From an uncultured Pseudomonadota bacterium (GTDB lineage Bacteria; Pseudomonadota; Alphaproteobacteria; JACZXZ01): DNA of 64,000 nucleotides. A program made the translations under genes and the position numbers. Each line of letters opens with the position of its first letter. Position 1 is the first letter of the stretch. The notes beneath the pieces are model-generated. The model worked only from the letters and a program-made list of their open reading frames with translations. It had not been told where the DNA came from and searched no databases. Where the stretch lies: positions 128,001-192,000 of the forward strand of contig CAVVLJ010000017.1 of the NCBI GenBank assembly GCA_963749075.1. Reading direction: 5' to 3'. This document shows, piece by piece, positions 37,460 to 47,282 of this stretch.

Positions 37460-37903
37460 TCAAGGTACCGCGATCTCGGCGCCTCGCCGCTCGCCGGGCA
37501 GCGCGTAGGTGCCGGTCACATGGGCGACCGCCTTGCCGTCGGCCTCGGAGGTGAGCGTCACCTCGATGACGGCGAGCCGCCGCCCGAGGCGCAGGAGCTC
37601 GGCCTCGGCAACGATGTCGGCCGCACCGGGCGCGCGGAGGAAATGGACCGAGAGGTTGCTCGTGAGCGCCATGACGGCGCCGGCCTTCATGCTGAGCACC
37701 GCCGCATACATCGCACAGTCGGCGAGCGCCATCATGGCCGGGCCCGCAACCGTGCCGCCGGCGCGCACGAGCTCGGGCTTGAAGGGGAGGCGCAGCCTGG
37801 CCTTGCCCTCGCCCAGCGCCTCGGCGCGGAAGCCGAGCCATTCGGCAAGCGGCAGATCGCGCGCGATCAGCGCCTGGAACTCGGCGGCGGTCAAGCCCGG
37901 CAT
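37460..37903 (-). CDS. PaaI family thioesterase
   Basis: GGTVAGP.MMALAD hot-dog-fold motif. Confidence 0.88.
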   Translation of the reverse strand: MPGLTAAEFQALIARDLPLAEWLGFRAEALGEGKARLRLPFKPELVRAGGTVAGPAMMALADCAMYAAVLSMKAGAVMALTSNLSVHFLRAPGAADIVAEAELLRLGRRLAVIEVTLTSEADGKAVAHVTGTYALPGERRGAEIAVP

Positions 37904-38006
37904 CGCAGCACCCCTCCCCCGTCTCGCGGGCATCCGCGCCCGGCGAAACCTCGTCGAGGACACGCTATCCTCCCGCTCGCCGAACCGTCAGCAAGCGGAG
38001 GAAATC

Positions 38007-38807
38007 ATGGCTGTCATCGTCGAGGCACGCGGCCCGGTCACCACCATCGTCATGAACCGCCCCGAGGTCAAGAATGCGGTCGACCCTGCTACCGCGCGCG
38101 AGCTCCACGCCGCCTTCCTCGCCTTCGACACCGACCCGGAGGCGAGCGCCGCGGTCTTCCACGGCTCAGGCGGGAGCTTCTGCGCGGGCTATGATCTGAA
38201 GGCGCTTGCCTCGGGCGAGGGCGCCGATTGGGCGGAGGCGATCGGCTTCCCTGAGCGCGCGGCCGAGCCCGCTCCCATCGGCCCCATGGGGATCTCGCGG
38301 CTCGAGCTCTCAAAGCCCGTGATCGCCGCGGTCGAGGGTCCGGCGGTCGCGGGCGGCACCGAGCTCGCGCTGTGGTGCGACTTCCGGGTGATGGCAGAGG
38401 ACGCCTATTTCGGCATCTATTGCCGGCGCTGGGGCGTGCCGCTCATCGACGGCGGCACGGTGCGCCTGCCGCGCCTCGTGGGCATGGGCCGCGCGCTCGA
38501 GATCATCCTGACCGGCCGCAAGGTGCCGGCCGAGGAGGCCTTGCGCATCGGCCTCTGCGAATATGTGGTGCCCCATGGCGAGGCGCGCGCCAAGGCCGAG
38601 GCCCTCGCCCACGCGATCGCCCGCTTCCCGCAGGCCTGCGTGCGCGCGGACCGCGCCTCGGTGCAGCGCCAGCAGGGACTATCTCTCCGCGAGGCGATGG
38701 GCGCCGAATATGCGGGCGGCCTCCCGGTCATCCGCGCCGAGTCCGTGGGCGGTGCCGCGCGCTTCTCGGGCGGCCTCGGGCGCCACGGCGACTACGGCCG
38801 CATCTGA
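38007..38807 (+). CDS. crotonase/enoyl-CoA hydratase family protein
   Basis: NRPEVKNA, FCAGYDL, AGGTELALWCD. Confidence 0.92.
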   Translation: MAVIVEARGPVTTIVMNRPEVKNAVDPATARELHAAFLAFDTDPEASAAVFHGSGGSFCAGYDLKALASGEGADWAEAIGFPERAAEPAPIGPMGISRLELSKPVIAAVEGPAVAGGTELALWCDFRVMAEDAYFGIYCRRWGVPLIDGGTVRLPRLVGMGRALEIILTGRKVPAEEALRIGLCEYVVPHGEARAKAEALAHAIARFPQACVRADRASVQRQQGLSLREAMGAEYAGGLPVIRAESVGGAARFSGGLGRHGDYGRI

Positions 38808-38872
38808 CGCTCGAGACCCGCACATTGTCGTTTTGCATTGCGCCAAGGGGCCTCGGACGACGTGCGGGGGGT

Positions 38873-38981
38873 CCTTCGAGACGCTCGCTGCGCTCGCTCC
38901 TCAGGATGAGGTCAAGTCGTTCTGCCACACACATATTTAACTCATCCTGAGGAGCGCCCCGAAGGGGCGCGTCTCGAAGGG
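38873..38981. repeat. REP doublet (REPIN-like), family B, copy 2 (inverted relative to copy 1)
   Basis: Same arms and shared spacer core TGTGTGTGGCAGAA.GACTT on the opposite strand. Confidence 0.88.
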
Positions 38982-39081
38982 CCCGCGGCGGCGATGCAAG
39001 CCTCTTTGAGACGTGCGAATACCCTAGCCGACGAATGCGGAGTATATTAGCGGCCCGAGCGGCCAGGAGGAGCTTCCGACG

Positions 39082-39903
39082 ATGACTGCGGCAGCGCCGG
39101 CGATCGCCAAGGAGAGCAGTGCTGAGGAGCCCATCCTGCTGCTGCGGCAGCTGGATGGCATAGCCACCCTCACCCTCAACCGCCCCAAGCAGTACAACGC
39201 CCTCTCGGACGCCATGCTCGACGCCCTCCTCGCCGCACTCGACGCGGTCGCCAAGGACGCGGCCGTCCGCGTCGTGGTGCTTGCCGGCAATGGGCCCGCC
39301 TTCTGCGCCGGGCACGATCTCAAGGAGATGCGGCAGCGCCGCGAGCAGGATTATTACCGCGGCCTCTTCGCCAAGTGCGGACGCATGATGCAGGCGCTGA
39401 CGCGCCTGCCGCAGCCGGTCATCGCGCGCGTGGAGGGCATCGCGACGGCGGCCGGCTGCCAGCTCGTCGCCGCCTGCGATCTGGCAGTCGCCGCCACCAC
39501 CGCGCGCTTCGCCACCTCGGGCATCAACGTCGGGCTCTTCTGCTCGACGCCGGCGGTCGCCGTCTCGCGCAACGTCGGCCGCAAGGCGAGCTTCGAGATG
39601 CTGATGACGGGCGAGTTCATCTCGGCCGGGGAGGCAGCAAGGCGCGGGCTCGTCAACCGCGCCGTCCCGCCGGGCGAGCTCGACGCCGAGGTGGCCGGGC
39701 TCGCGGCCAAGATCGTCGCCAAATCGCCCTTGGCCGTGCGCATGGGCAAGGAGATGTTCTACAAGCAGATCGAGCTCGGCCTCGCCGCGGCCTACGATTA
39801 TGCGGGCGAGGTCATGGCCTGCAACATGATGGCGGACGACGTGGCCCTCGGCATCGACGCCTTCGCCGCCAAGGCGCCGGCGCCCAAGTGGCGCGGGCGC
39901 TGA
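39082..39903 (+). CDS. enoyl-CoA hydratase family protein
   Basis: NRPKQYNAL, FCAGHDL, AAGCQLVA.CD, GLFCSTP. Confidence 0.92.
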   Translation: MTAAAPAIAKESSAEEPILLLRQLDGIATLTLNRPKQYNALSDAMLDALLAALDAVAKDAAVRVVVLAGNGPAFCAGHDLKEMRQRREQDYYRGLFAKCGRMMQALTRLPQPVIARVEGIATAAGCQLVAACDLAVAATTARFATSGINVGLFCSTPAVAVSRNVGRKASFEMLMTGEFISAGEAARRGLVNRAVPPGELDAEVAGLAAKIVAKSPLAVRMGKEMFYKQIELGLAAAYDYAGEVMACNMMADDVALGIDAFAAKAPAPKWRGR

Positions 39904-39908
39904 GCAGC

Positions 39909-40406
39909 ATGAGCGACGCGAGCGACCGCGAGGCCTATCCCGACGCCTACATCCTCGACATCCTGAAGAAGAACAGGGTGGTCGCGATGGTGGGCGCCAG
40001 CCCCAATTGGGTGCGGCCGAGCTACTTCGCGATGAAGTATTTGCAGGCCAAGGGCTACCGCGTCATCCCGGTCAATCCCGCGGCCGCCGGGCAGGAGATC
40101 CTCGGCGAGACGGCTTACGCGAGCCTCAAGGACATCCCCTTGAAGGTCGACATCGTCGACATCTTCCGCCGCTCCGAGGCCGTGCCGCCGATCGTCGACG
40201 AAGCGATCGCGATTGGCGCCAAGGTTTTGTGGATGCAGCTCGGCGTGCGCCACGAGGAGGCCGCGGCCAAGGCGGAGAAGGCCGGCCTCAAGGTCGTCAT
40301 GAACCGCTGCATGAAGATCGAGTTCGGCCGCCTCTCGGGCGAGCTCTCGTGGAGCGGCATCAACTCCGGCATCATCTCGAGCAAGAGGCGCAAGCTGATC
40401 GCATGA
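39909..40406 (+). CDS. CoA-binding protein (YccU-like)
   Basis: VGAS...RPS, VIPVNP, DIVDIFRRS, WMQLG. Confidence 0.9.
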   Translation: MSDASDREAYPDAYILDILKKNRVVAMVGASPNWVRPSYFAMKYLQAKGYRVIPVNPAAAGQEILGETAYASLKDIPLKVDIVDIFRRSEAVPPIVDEAIAIGAKVLWMQLGVRHEEAAAKAEKAGLKVVMNRCMKIEFGRLSGELSWSGINSGIISSKRRKLIA

Positions 40407-40434
40407 GCAAAAAGCCATGAGCAAGAAGCCATGA
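40402..40434 (+). repeat. 14-bp tandem duplication CATGAGCAARAAGC forming overlapping ATGA mini-ORFs
   Basis: Read directly: units at 40402 and 40416, then CATGA at 40430. Confidence 0.85.
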
Positions 40435-41747
40435 CCACGAAGAACGACGCGTTCGGCTTCGAGACGCGCGCCATCCACGCCGGCGCCTCGCCCGACCCGG
40501 TGACGGGTGCCCGCAACACGCCCATCTACCAGACGACCTCCTACGTCTTCGACGACGTGGACCATGCCGCCTCGCTCTTCAACCTGCAGACTTTCGGCTA
40601 CATCTATTCGCGCCTCACCAATCCGACCACGGCCGTGCTCGAGGAGCGCGTCGCCAGCCTCGAAGGCGGGCGGGGTGCCGTCGCCTGCGCCTCGGGCCAT
40701 GCGGCGCAACTCCTCGCCTTCTTCTCGCTCATGGAGCCGGGTGCGGAGTTCGTTTCCTCGCGCAACCTCTATGGCGGCTCGATCACCCAGTTCCAGCACA
40801 CCTTCGCCAAGTTCGGCTGGCACGTCCATCTCGTCGATCCGGAGGATCCGGAGAACTTCCGCAAGGCGCTCACGCCCAAATGCAAGGCGATCTTCGCCGA
40901 GATGCTGACCAATCCGACCGGCATCGTGATCGACCTCGAGGCGATCGCCGCGGTCGCGCGCGAGGCCGGCATTCCCTTCATCGTCGACAACACCTGCGCC
41001 AGCCCCTATCTCTGCCGGCCCTTCGAATGGGGCGCCGACATCGTCGTCCATTCGATGACGAAGTTCCTCTCGGGCCATGGCACCTCGATGGGCGGCATCG
41101 TCGTCGAGTCCGGCAAGTTCGACTGGGCACAGAACGACAAGTTCCCCTCCATGACCAAGCCGGACCCGGCCTACCACGGGCTCACCTTCTACGAGACCTT
41201 CGGCGATTTTGGCTACACCATGAAGACGCGCGCGGTTGGCTTGCGCGATCTCGGCCCCGCCCTCTCGCCGATGAACGCCTTCCTCATCCTGACCGGCATC
41301 GAGACGCTGCCCTTGCGCATGGAGCGCCACGTCGCCAATGCCGAGCGCGTCGCCGAATACCTCGCGGGCCATGCCGGCGTCGCCTGGATCGCCTACGCAG
41401 GCCTCAAGTCGAGCCCCTATCGCGAGCTCGCCAGGAAGTATCTGCCGCGCGGCTGCGGCTCCGTCTTCACCTTCGGCGTCAAGGGCGGCTACGAGGCGGG
41501 CATCAAGGTGGTGGAGAGCGTCGAGCTCTTCTCCCACCTGGCGAACGTGGGCGACACGCGCTCCCTCATCCTCCACCCCGCCTCGACGACGCACCGCCAG
41601 CTCAGCGACGAGCAGCGCTCAGCCGCCGGCGCCGGACCCGACGTGATCCGCCTCTCGATCGGGCTCGAGACCGCCGACGACCTCATCCGCGACCTCGACC
41701 AGGCGCTCGCCTCGGCCGCGCGCAAGAGCCGCGAGGCCGCGGAGTAG
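40431..41747 (+). CDS. metY: O-acetylhomoserine aminocarboxypropyltransferase
   Basis: PIYQTTSY, YSRLTNPT, HSMTKF, LANVGD, HPASTTH. Confidence 0.92.
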   Translation: MTTKNDAFGFETRAIHAGASPDPVTGARNTPIYQTTSYVFDDVDHAASLFNLQTFGYIYSRLTNPTTAVLEERVASLEGGRGAVACASGHAAQLLAFFSLMEPGAEFVSSRNLYGGSITQFQHTFAKFGWHVHLVDPEDPENFRKALTPKCKAIFAEMLTNPTGIVIDLEAIAAVAREAGIPFIVDNTCASPYLCRPFEWGADIVVHSMTKFLSGHGTSMGGIVVESGKFDWAQNDKFPSMTKPDPAYHGLTFYETFGDFGYTMKTRAVGLRDLGPALSPMNAFLILTGIETLPLRMERHVANAERVAEYLAGHAGVAWIAYAGLKSSPYRELARKYLPRGCGSVFTFGVKGGYEAGIKVVESVELFSHLANVGDTRSLILHPASTTHRQLSDEQRSAAGAGPDVIRLSIGLETADDLIRDLDQALASAARKSREAAE

Positions 41748-41929
41748 CGGAGCGCGCGCGAGGCGGAACGGGCGCAGACTGGTTGCCATGCTATCCCGCC
41801 GGCAGCACCCTTCGTGACGCGCATCTCCTTGGCCTTGCCGTCCCGCTTGGCGTTGCCAGCGAATTGCCGTAGGATCGCCGTCCGGTCACCGACCGACGGT
41901 TGCGGCGGCCTCCTCTCGAGGGGAGTGGG

Positions 41930-42220
41930 ATGGGCGAGGCACGGAACGTCGTCAAGCTGCCGCTCAAGCGCGCCCGCGCCCCGCGCGCGTTGCGCAGCCG
42001 GCCCAGCCACGTGCAGCGGAGCTGGCTCCACCGCGGCCTCGATCAGCCGGGCGGCAAGCTGCCGCTCTTCGACGGCGAGGGACAGCGCGTCGATCTGCGC
42101 ACCGTCAGGAGCTGCATCGAGAACGGCTGGGCCGAGCCCTGGTTCCACAACCCGCTCAAGCCGGACTGGCTCGTCTGCAAGCTGACGGCGGCCGGACGCT
42201 CGGCGCTCGCCGGCGCGTGA
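41930..42220 (+). CDS. conserved hypothetical protein (QPGGKLPLFD...GWAEPWF.NP.KPDWLVCKLT..GR)
   Basis: GGGAG RBS, coding-like composition, conserved-looking motif. Confidence 0.7.
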   Translation: MGEARNVVKLPLKRARAPRALRSRPSHVQRSWLHRGLDQPGGKLPLFDGEGQRVDLRTVRSCIENGWAEPWFHNPLKPDWLVCKLTAAGRSALAGA

Positions 42221-42248
42221 GGCGAGGCGGCGCGCGTCGCTTGCGCGG

Positions 42249-43457
42249 TCAGCCGCCGTACGCTCTGAGCTTGGCCAGGCCCCGCTCGAGATCGGCGATG
42301 AGGTCGGCAGGCTCCTCGAGCCCGATATGAAAGCGGCAGACCGGGCCGGGGAAGCTGCCCGAGCCCGCGGTGCGCGTGATGAACCCCGTGGTGGGCAGCG
42401 CCAGGCTCTCATAGCCGCCCCATGAGGCGCCGATCCCGAAGAGGCTCAGCGCCTCGATCATCGCGTGGGTCGCCTCGGCGCTGAACTGCGCCTTGAACAC
42501 CACGGAGAAAAGGCTGCAGGCACCGCTGAAGTCGCGCTTCCAGAGCTCATGGCCGGGGGCGCCGGGAAGTGCTGGATAGAGCACCTCGTGGACCTCCGGC
42601 CGTGCGGCAAGCCAGGCGGCCACCTCGAGGCCCGAGCGCATCTGCCGCTCGAGACGCACCGCCATGGTGCGCACGCCGCGCAATGCCAGCCAGCAATCGT
42701 CCGGACTGGCATATTGTCCGAAGCTGAGCGCCGTGGTGCGCACCCGCGTCCAATCCTCCTCGGAGGCCGTGGTGACGGCGCCGAGCACCACGTCCGAATG
42801 GCCCGAGACGTATTTCGTCAGCGCCTGGACCGAGACGTCGACGCCGTGCCGGAAGGGCTGGAAGAAATGGATGCCCCAGGTGTTGTCCATGACGACCTTG
42901 GCGTCCCGGGCGTGTGCCGCGCGGGCGAGGGCGCCCACGTCCTGCATCTCCATGGTGTGGCTGCCCGGGCTCTCGACATAGACGACCCGCGTGCCCGGCC
43001 GCATGAGCGCGGCGAGACCGGGCTCGTCGATCTCGGGGCGGTAATAGGTCGTGGCGATGCCGAGCCCGCTCAGCACGCCGTCGCAAAACGAGCGCGACGG
43101 GCCATAGACGCTGTCCGCCATCAGGCAATGGTCGCCGGCTTTGAGATAGGCGAGGAGCGCCGTCGTCACCGCCGCCAGGCCCGAGGATACGATCTGGCAG
43201 CGCGTGCCGCCCTCGATCTCGGCGACGACGTCTTCCAGCGCGTGATGGGTCGGGCTCCCGACGATGCCGTAGATCCAGGCCTGGTCGAGCCGGCGCTTGC
43301 CCGCGGCCATGCGCGCGGCGACGGAGGGCTGCAACACCGTGGAGCCGCGGTAAAGCGGCGGATTGACGAAGCCTTGGACGCGAGTTCCGGCGCGCCCGGC
43401 ATGGCTCAGCCGCGTGGCGAAGCCGGCCCTCGGGCCGGCGAGCGGGTCGTGGCTCAT
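42249..43457 (-). CDS. metC: cystathionine beta-lyase
   Basis: VNPPLYRGST, ESPGS, DNTW, TKYVSGHSD, IGASWGGYESL. Confidence 0.92.
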   Translation of the reverse strand: MSHDPLAGPRAGFATRLSHAGRAGTRVQGFVNPPLYRGSTVLQPSVAARMAAGKRRLDQAWIYGIVGSPTHHALEDVVAEIEGGTRCQIVSSGLAAVTTALLAYLKAGDHCLMADSVYGPSRSFCDGVLSGLGIATTYYRPEIDEPGLAALMRPGTRVVYVESPGSHTMEMQDVGALARAAHARDAKVVMDNTWGIHFFQPFRHGVDVSVQALTKYVSGHSDVVLGAVTTASEEDWTRVRTTALSFGQYASPDDCWLALRGVRTMAVRLERQMRSGLEVAAWLAARPEVHEVLYPALPGAPGHELWKRDFSGACSLFSVVFKAQFSAEATHAMIEALSLFGIGASWGGYESLALPTTGFITRTAGSGSFPGPVCRFHIGLEEPADLIADLERGLAKLRAYGG

Positions 43458-43593
43458 CGCTGCACCTGCGAACGGGAGGAAACGGGCAAGGAGAACCCCT
43501 GCGCCACGCGCCGGGCCTCGCCCACGGGCGCTTGAGCGGACGAGACTATGTCACATCGCCCCGCCGCTCAATGCCCACGGCCTGAGGGTGCCG

Positions 43594-44004
43594 CTAATAG
43601 AGGGCAAGGCCCTCGGCCGCGCGCTCGCGGTCCGCGCCGTCGATCTCGGCGTAATTCACCGTGAGCTCCTCGCCGGCGGCGATATCGCGCGCCGCCACGA
43701 CGACGCCGTCGCCGTTGACGACCACGTCGTCGCGCGGCGCGAGGTTCGGCGCGGCCGAGTGGTTGATGAAGATCGTGTGGTCGCCGGCGAGGTGGATGTG
43801 CCGCTTGTCGAGGGTGAAGACGCCGTAGACGTCGACGAACTTCCGCACGTGCTCCGGCTGCCCCTCGAGCCAGGCTACGGGATGCCGCCGGTCGATCCCC
43901 GGATCGAACTGCCAGACGATCTTGCCGCGCGGCACGGCCTCGCGCGCGAAGACGCCGAGGCCGTGGATGGGGCTCGGGCGCACCTCGACGGCGATCAGCA
44001 GCAT
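43594..44004 (-). CDS. SET domain protein (putative lysine methyltransferase)
   Basis: SPIHGLGVFA, INHS..PN, A.RDI.AGEELT.NY. Confidence 0.9.
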   Translation of the reverse strand: MLLIAVEVRPSPIHGLGVFAREAVPRGKIVWQFDPGIDRRHPVAWLEGQPEHVRKFVDVYGVFTLDKRHIHLAGDHTIFINHSAAPNLAPRDDVVVNGDGVVVAARDIAAGEELTVNYAEIDGADRERAAEGLALY

Positions 44005-44008
44005 GGAC

Positions 44009-44920
44009 TCACTTGAAGAAGATGTCGATCAGGTGCAGGAACGCCGGGCCGCCGATGATGAGGAAGACGCTCGGCATGATGAAGACGATCATCGGCACCG
44101 TCAGCATGACCGGCATCTTGTTGGCGCGCTCCTCGAGCTTGAGCAGCATCTCGTTGCGCAGCTCGTTGGCCACCACGCGCATGGCCTGGGCGAGCGGCGT
44201 GCCGTAGCGCATGGTCTGGGAGAGGGTCGAGACGACCGAGCGCACGCTCGGCACGTCGACGCGCTCGGCGAGATTGGTCAGCGCCTGGTCGCGGCTCGGC
44301 AGTATCTTGAGGTCGGCCGAGGTCATGGCGAGCTCCTCGGCCAAGACCGGCTGCGAGCGCCGCATCTCCACCACCACGCGGTCGAGCGCGTCCTCGAGCG
44401 CCAGGCCGGCCTCGACCGAGACGACGAGCAGCTCGAGCGCGTCGGCGAGCCCCATCTCGATCGCCGCCGTGCGCCGCGACACCATCGCCTTGACCACGTA
44501 GCTGGGCACGAAATAGCCCACGATCAGGCCGAGGAGGGCGAACAGCATCATGCGAAGGCTGAACATCTCGGCGCCGACGCGGGAGGCGAGGATCGCCATG
44601 GCCACGGCGCCGACGAGGGCGACGGCCAGGCGGAAGAGGCCGTAAGCCATGACCGCGCGCTCGGCCGGAATGTTGTAGCGCGCGAGGCGGCGCACGATCT
44701 CGCGCTCCTCGTTCGCCGGCATGCTGCCGCCGAGGCGCACCGGCCGCAACTCGGCGCGTTTCACCTGCACTTCGGCCGCCTGCTGCGGCTTGAACCGCGT
44801 GACCCTGCGCGAGAGGCTCTCGCGCCATTCGATGAGGTTGTAGGCGACGAAGCACAGGCCCGCCAGGATGAAGGCGATCACGGTGAGCGTGCTGAGGATG
44901 AGCGTGTGTTGCTGCAGCAT
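44009..44920 (-). CDS. tadC: Tad pilus inner-membrane protein TadC
   Basis: ALELLVVSVEAGL, YGTPLAQA, EERANK...LTVP. Confidence 0.92.
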   Translation of the reverse strand: MLQQHTLILSTLTVIAFILAGLCFVAYNLIEWRESLSRRVTRFKPQQAAEVQVKRAELRPVRLGGSMPANEEREIVRRLARYNIPAERAVMAYGLFRLAVALVGAVAMAILASRVGAEMFSLRMMLFALLGLIVGYFVPSYVVKAMVSRRTAAIEMGLADALELLVVSVEAGLALEDALDRVVVEMRRSQPVLAEELAMTSADLKILPSRDQALTNLAERVDVPSVRSVVSTLSQTMRYGTPLAQAMRVVANELRNEMLLKLEERANKMPVMLTVPMIVFIMPSVFLIIGGPAFLHLIDIFFK

Positions 44921-44949
44921 GGCGCGGAGCGGCGTCCCCTAAAGCGGGC

Positions 44950-45903
44950 TCACGTCATGGTGGCTTTGCGGATCAGCCAGCGCATGGTGAGGCCGGCGAG
45001 CGTCAGGCTCAGGATGGCGATACCGACGAGTATGTTGCCGCGCGGATCCGTGATCAAAGGTGCCAGGTACGACGGCGCCATCAGCGTGAGCGCTCCGGTG
45101 ATGAAGAACGGGATGACGGCCAGCACCATCGCCGAGATGCGCACCTCGGCGGTGGCCGCATTGGCCTTCATGCGAATGGCGCGGCGCTTGCGGATGATCT
45201 CGCCGAGCGTCTCGAGCGTCACCGCGAGGTTGCCGCCGGTGGCGCGCTGCAGCGATACCGCGGTCGCGAAGAAGCGGAAGTCGCCCATGCCGATGCGCTC
45301 GGACATGTTGGTGAGCGCGTCCTCGAGCGGGATGCCGATCTCGATCTGGTCCGCCACCGCGGCGAACACGGTGTTGACCGGCGGCGCCGCGCGCTGCCCG
45401 AGCGTGCGCATGGTGGACGACACCGGCAGGCCGGCGCGCACCATGCGCACCACCATGTCGATGGCGTCGGGAAAGAGCGCCATGAAGCGTGCCTCGACGC
45501 GGTGCTGCTCCTGCCGCATGACGACCCGCGGGACGAGGAGGAAGGCGCCGGCCGTCAGCGGCACCCACACCCAGAAGGGCATGTGGAGCGCCAGACGGAA
45601 GAGCACGATGGCGATCAGCCCCGCACCGCAGCCGTAGATGGCGAGCCTCGCCGTGCTCGTCTGCACCCCCCAGTTCCGCCCGGAGCCGATCAGCATCACC
45701 CTCAAGCGCTTGGTGAAGTCCCTGGCCCAGGGCGACTGCTCGTTCCCGGACGCATCGCGCTTCTTGTCCGTCTTCTTCACCCCGAGCGTCTGGTCGATCT
45801 TCTGGCCGAGCGCGCCCTGCTGCTGGCGCCCCTGCATCACGATGACGGCGAGCACGGCGCCGCCGCCCAGCACCAGGAGGCCGATCATCAGGGCGATGAT
45901 CAC
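44950..45903 (-). CDS. tadB: Tad pilus inner-membrane protein TadB
   Basis: FPDAIDM.VR..RAGLP, TGGNL. Confidence 0.92.
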   Translation of the reverse strand: MIIALMIGLLVLGGGAVLAVIVMQGRQQQGALGQKIDQTLGVKKTDKKRDASGNEQSPWARDFTKRLRVMLIGSGRNWGVQTSTARLAIYGCGAGLIAIVLFRLALHMPFWVWVPLTAGAFLLVPRVVMRQEQHRVEARFMALFPDAIDMVVRMVRAGLPVSSTMRTLGQRAAPPVNTVFAAVADQIEIGIPLEDALTNMSERIGMGDFRFFATAVSLQRATGGNLAVTLETLGEIIRKRRAIRMKANAATAEVRISAMVLAVIPFFITGALTLMAPSYLAPLITDPRGNILVGIAILSLTLAGLTMRWLIRKATMT

Positions 45904-47282
45904 GCGCCCCCCCTCTCGGAGCGGCTCACCTCGATGAAGGCGTCGGCGAGCCCGTAGTAATCGAGACGCGTGAGGAAGTGCGGGCGCACGCCCGAGGCCT
46001 CGTAGGTCCCGCGCAGCGTGCCGTCCGCATTCTCGCCGAGGTACTTGAAGGAGAACAGCGTGGCGAGCAGGATGACGTCGTCCTCCATGCCCACCACCTC
46101 GACGACCTCGGTGATGCGCCGCGTGCCGTCGCGCATGCGCTCGACCTGCACCACGAGATCGATGGCGCTCACCATCTGGCCGCGGATGGCGCGGCTCGGC
46201 AGGTTGACGTCCGCCATCAGCACCATGTTCTCGATGCGGGAGAGCGCGTCGCGGGCGGTGTTGGCGTGGATGGTGGACATCGAGCCGTTGTGGCCGGTGT
46301 TCATCGCCTGCATCATATCGAAGGCCTCGGCCCCGCGCACCTCGCCGACGATGATGCGGTCGGGGCGCATTCTGAGGGCGTTGCGCACGAGTTCGCGCGC
46401 GGAGACCTGGCCGTGACCCTCGACGTTCGGCGGGCGCGTCTCGAGCTGCACGACGTGCGGCTGCTGGAGCTGGAGCTCGGCCGCGTCCTCGATCGTGATG
46501 ACGCGCTCACCCTGGTCGATGAGGCGCGACATGGCGTTGAGCATCGTCGTCTTGCCCGAGCCCGTGCCGCCGGAGATGATGATGTTGAGCCGGCAGCGCG
46601 AGCAGATCTCGAGCGCGCGGGCGAGCTCGGCGGAGGCACTGCCGTTGCGCACCATGCGCGCCAGATCGAGAAACGAGCGCGAGAACTTGCGGATCGAGAC
46701 GCACGGCCCCTTGAGGCTCAAGGGCGAGATGATGACGTTGACGCGGCTGCCGTCCTGCAGCCGCGCGTCGAGCATGGGGCTCAACTCGTCGATGCGCCGT
46801 CCGACCGAGGAGGCGATGCGCTGGGCCACGTGGAGCACGTGCGCGTCGTTGCGGAAGCGCACGTTGGTGAGATCGAGCTTGCCGCGCCGCTCAACGTAGA
46901 TCTGCCGGGGGCCGTTGATGAGGATGTCGGCGACCTCCGGATCGCGCAGCAGCGGCTCGAGCGGCCCCAGCCCCACCATGTCGTCGACGATCTCGCCGGC
47001 GATCACCAGCTGCTCTTCGTGATTGATCAGGAAGCGCTGCTCGTCGGCGACTTCGGCCACGAGCTCGATGACGCGCACCTTGAGCTCTTCCTTCGCCATC
47101 TGCACAACCGTCGCCGGGTCGATGCGCTGGAGGATCTGGTCGTAGACGGCGTCCGTCGTCACGGTGGTGACCGGACGCGGCGGCCGGATCGCGGACGCCA
47201 GCGGCCCCGCGGGAAGCGTTTCGCCGCTGCTGACCGGGACCGGCGGAGCGCCCTGGCCGTTTCTCGTAATGCGCAAGCCCAT
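45900..47282 (-). CDS. cpaF: Tad pilus ATPase CpaF/TadA
   Basis: GGTGSGKTT, IEDAAEL, RMRPDRIIVGEVRG, NTGHNGS. Confidence 0.96.
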   Translation of the reverse strand: MGLRITRNGQGAPPVPVSSGETLPAGPLASAIRPPRPVTTVTTDAVYDQILQRIDPATVVQMAKEELKVRVIELVAEVADEQRFLINHEEQLVIAGEIVDDMVGLGPLEPLLRDPEVADILINGPRQIYVERRGKLDLTNVRFRNDAHVLHVAQRIASSVGRRIDELSPMLDARLQDGSRVNVIISPLSLKGPCVSIRKFSRSFLDLARMVRNGSASAELARALEICSRCRLNIIISGGTGSGKTTMLNAMSRLIDQGERVITIEDAAELQLQQPHVVQLETRPPNVEGHGQVSARELVRNALRMRPDRIIVGEVRGAEAFDMMQAMNTGHNGSMSTIHANTARDALSRIENMVLMADVNLPSRAIRGQMVSAIDLVVQVERMRDGTRRITEVVEVVGMEDDVILLATLFSFKYLGENADGTLRGTYEASGVRPHFLTRLDYYGLADAFIEVSRSERGGA

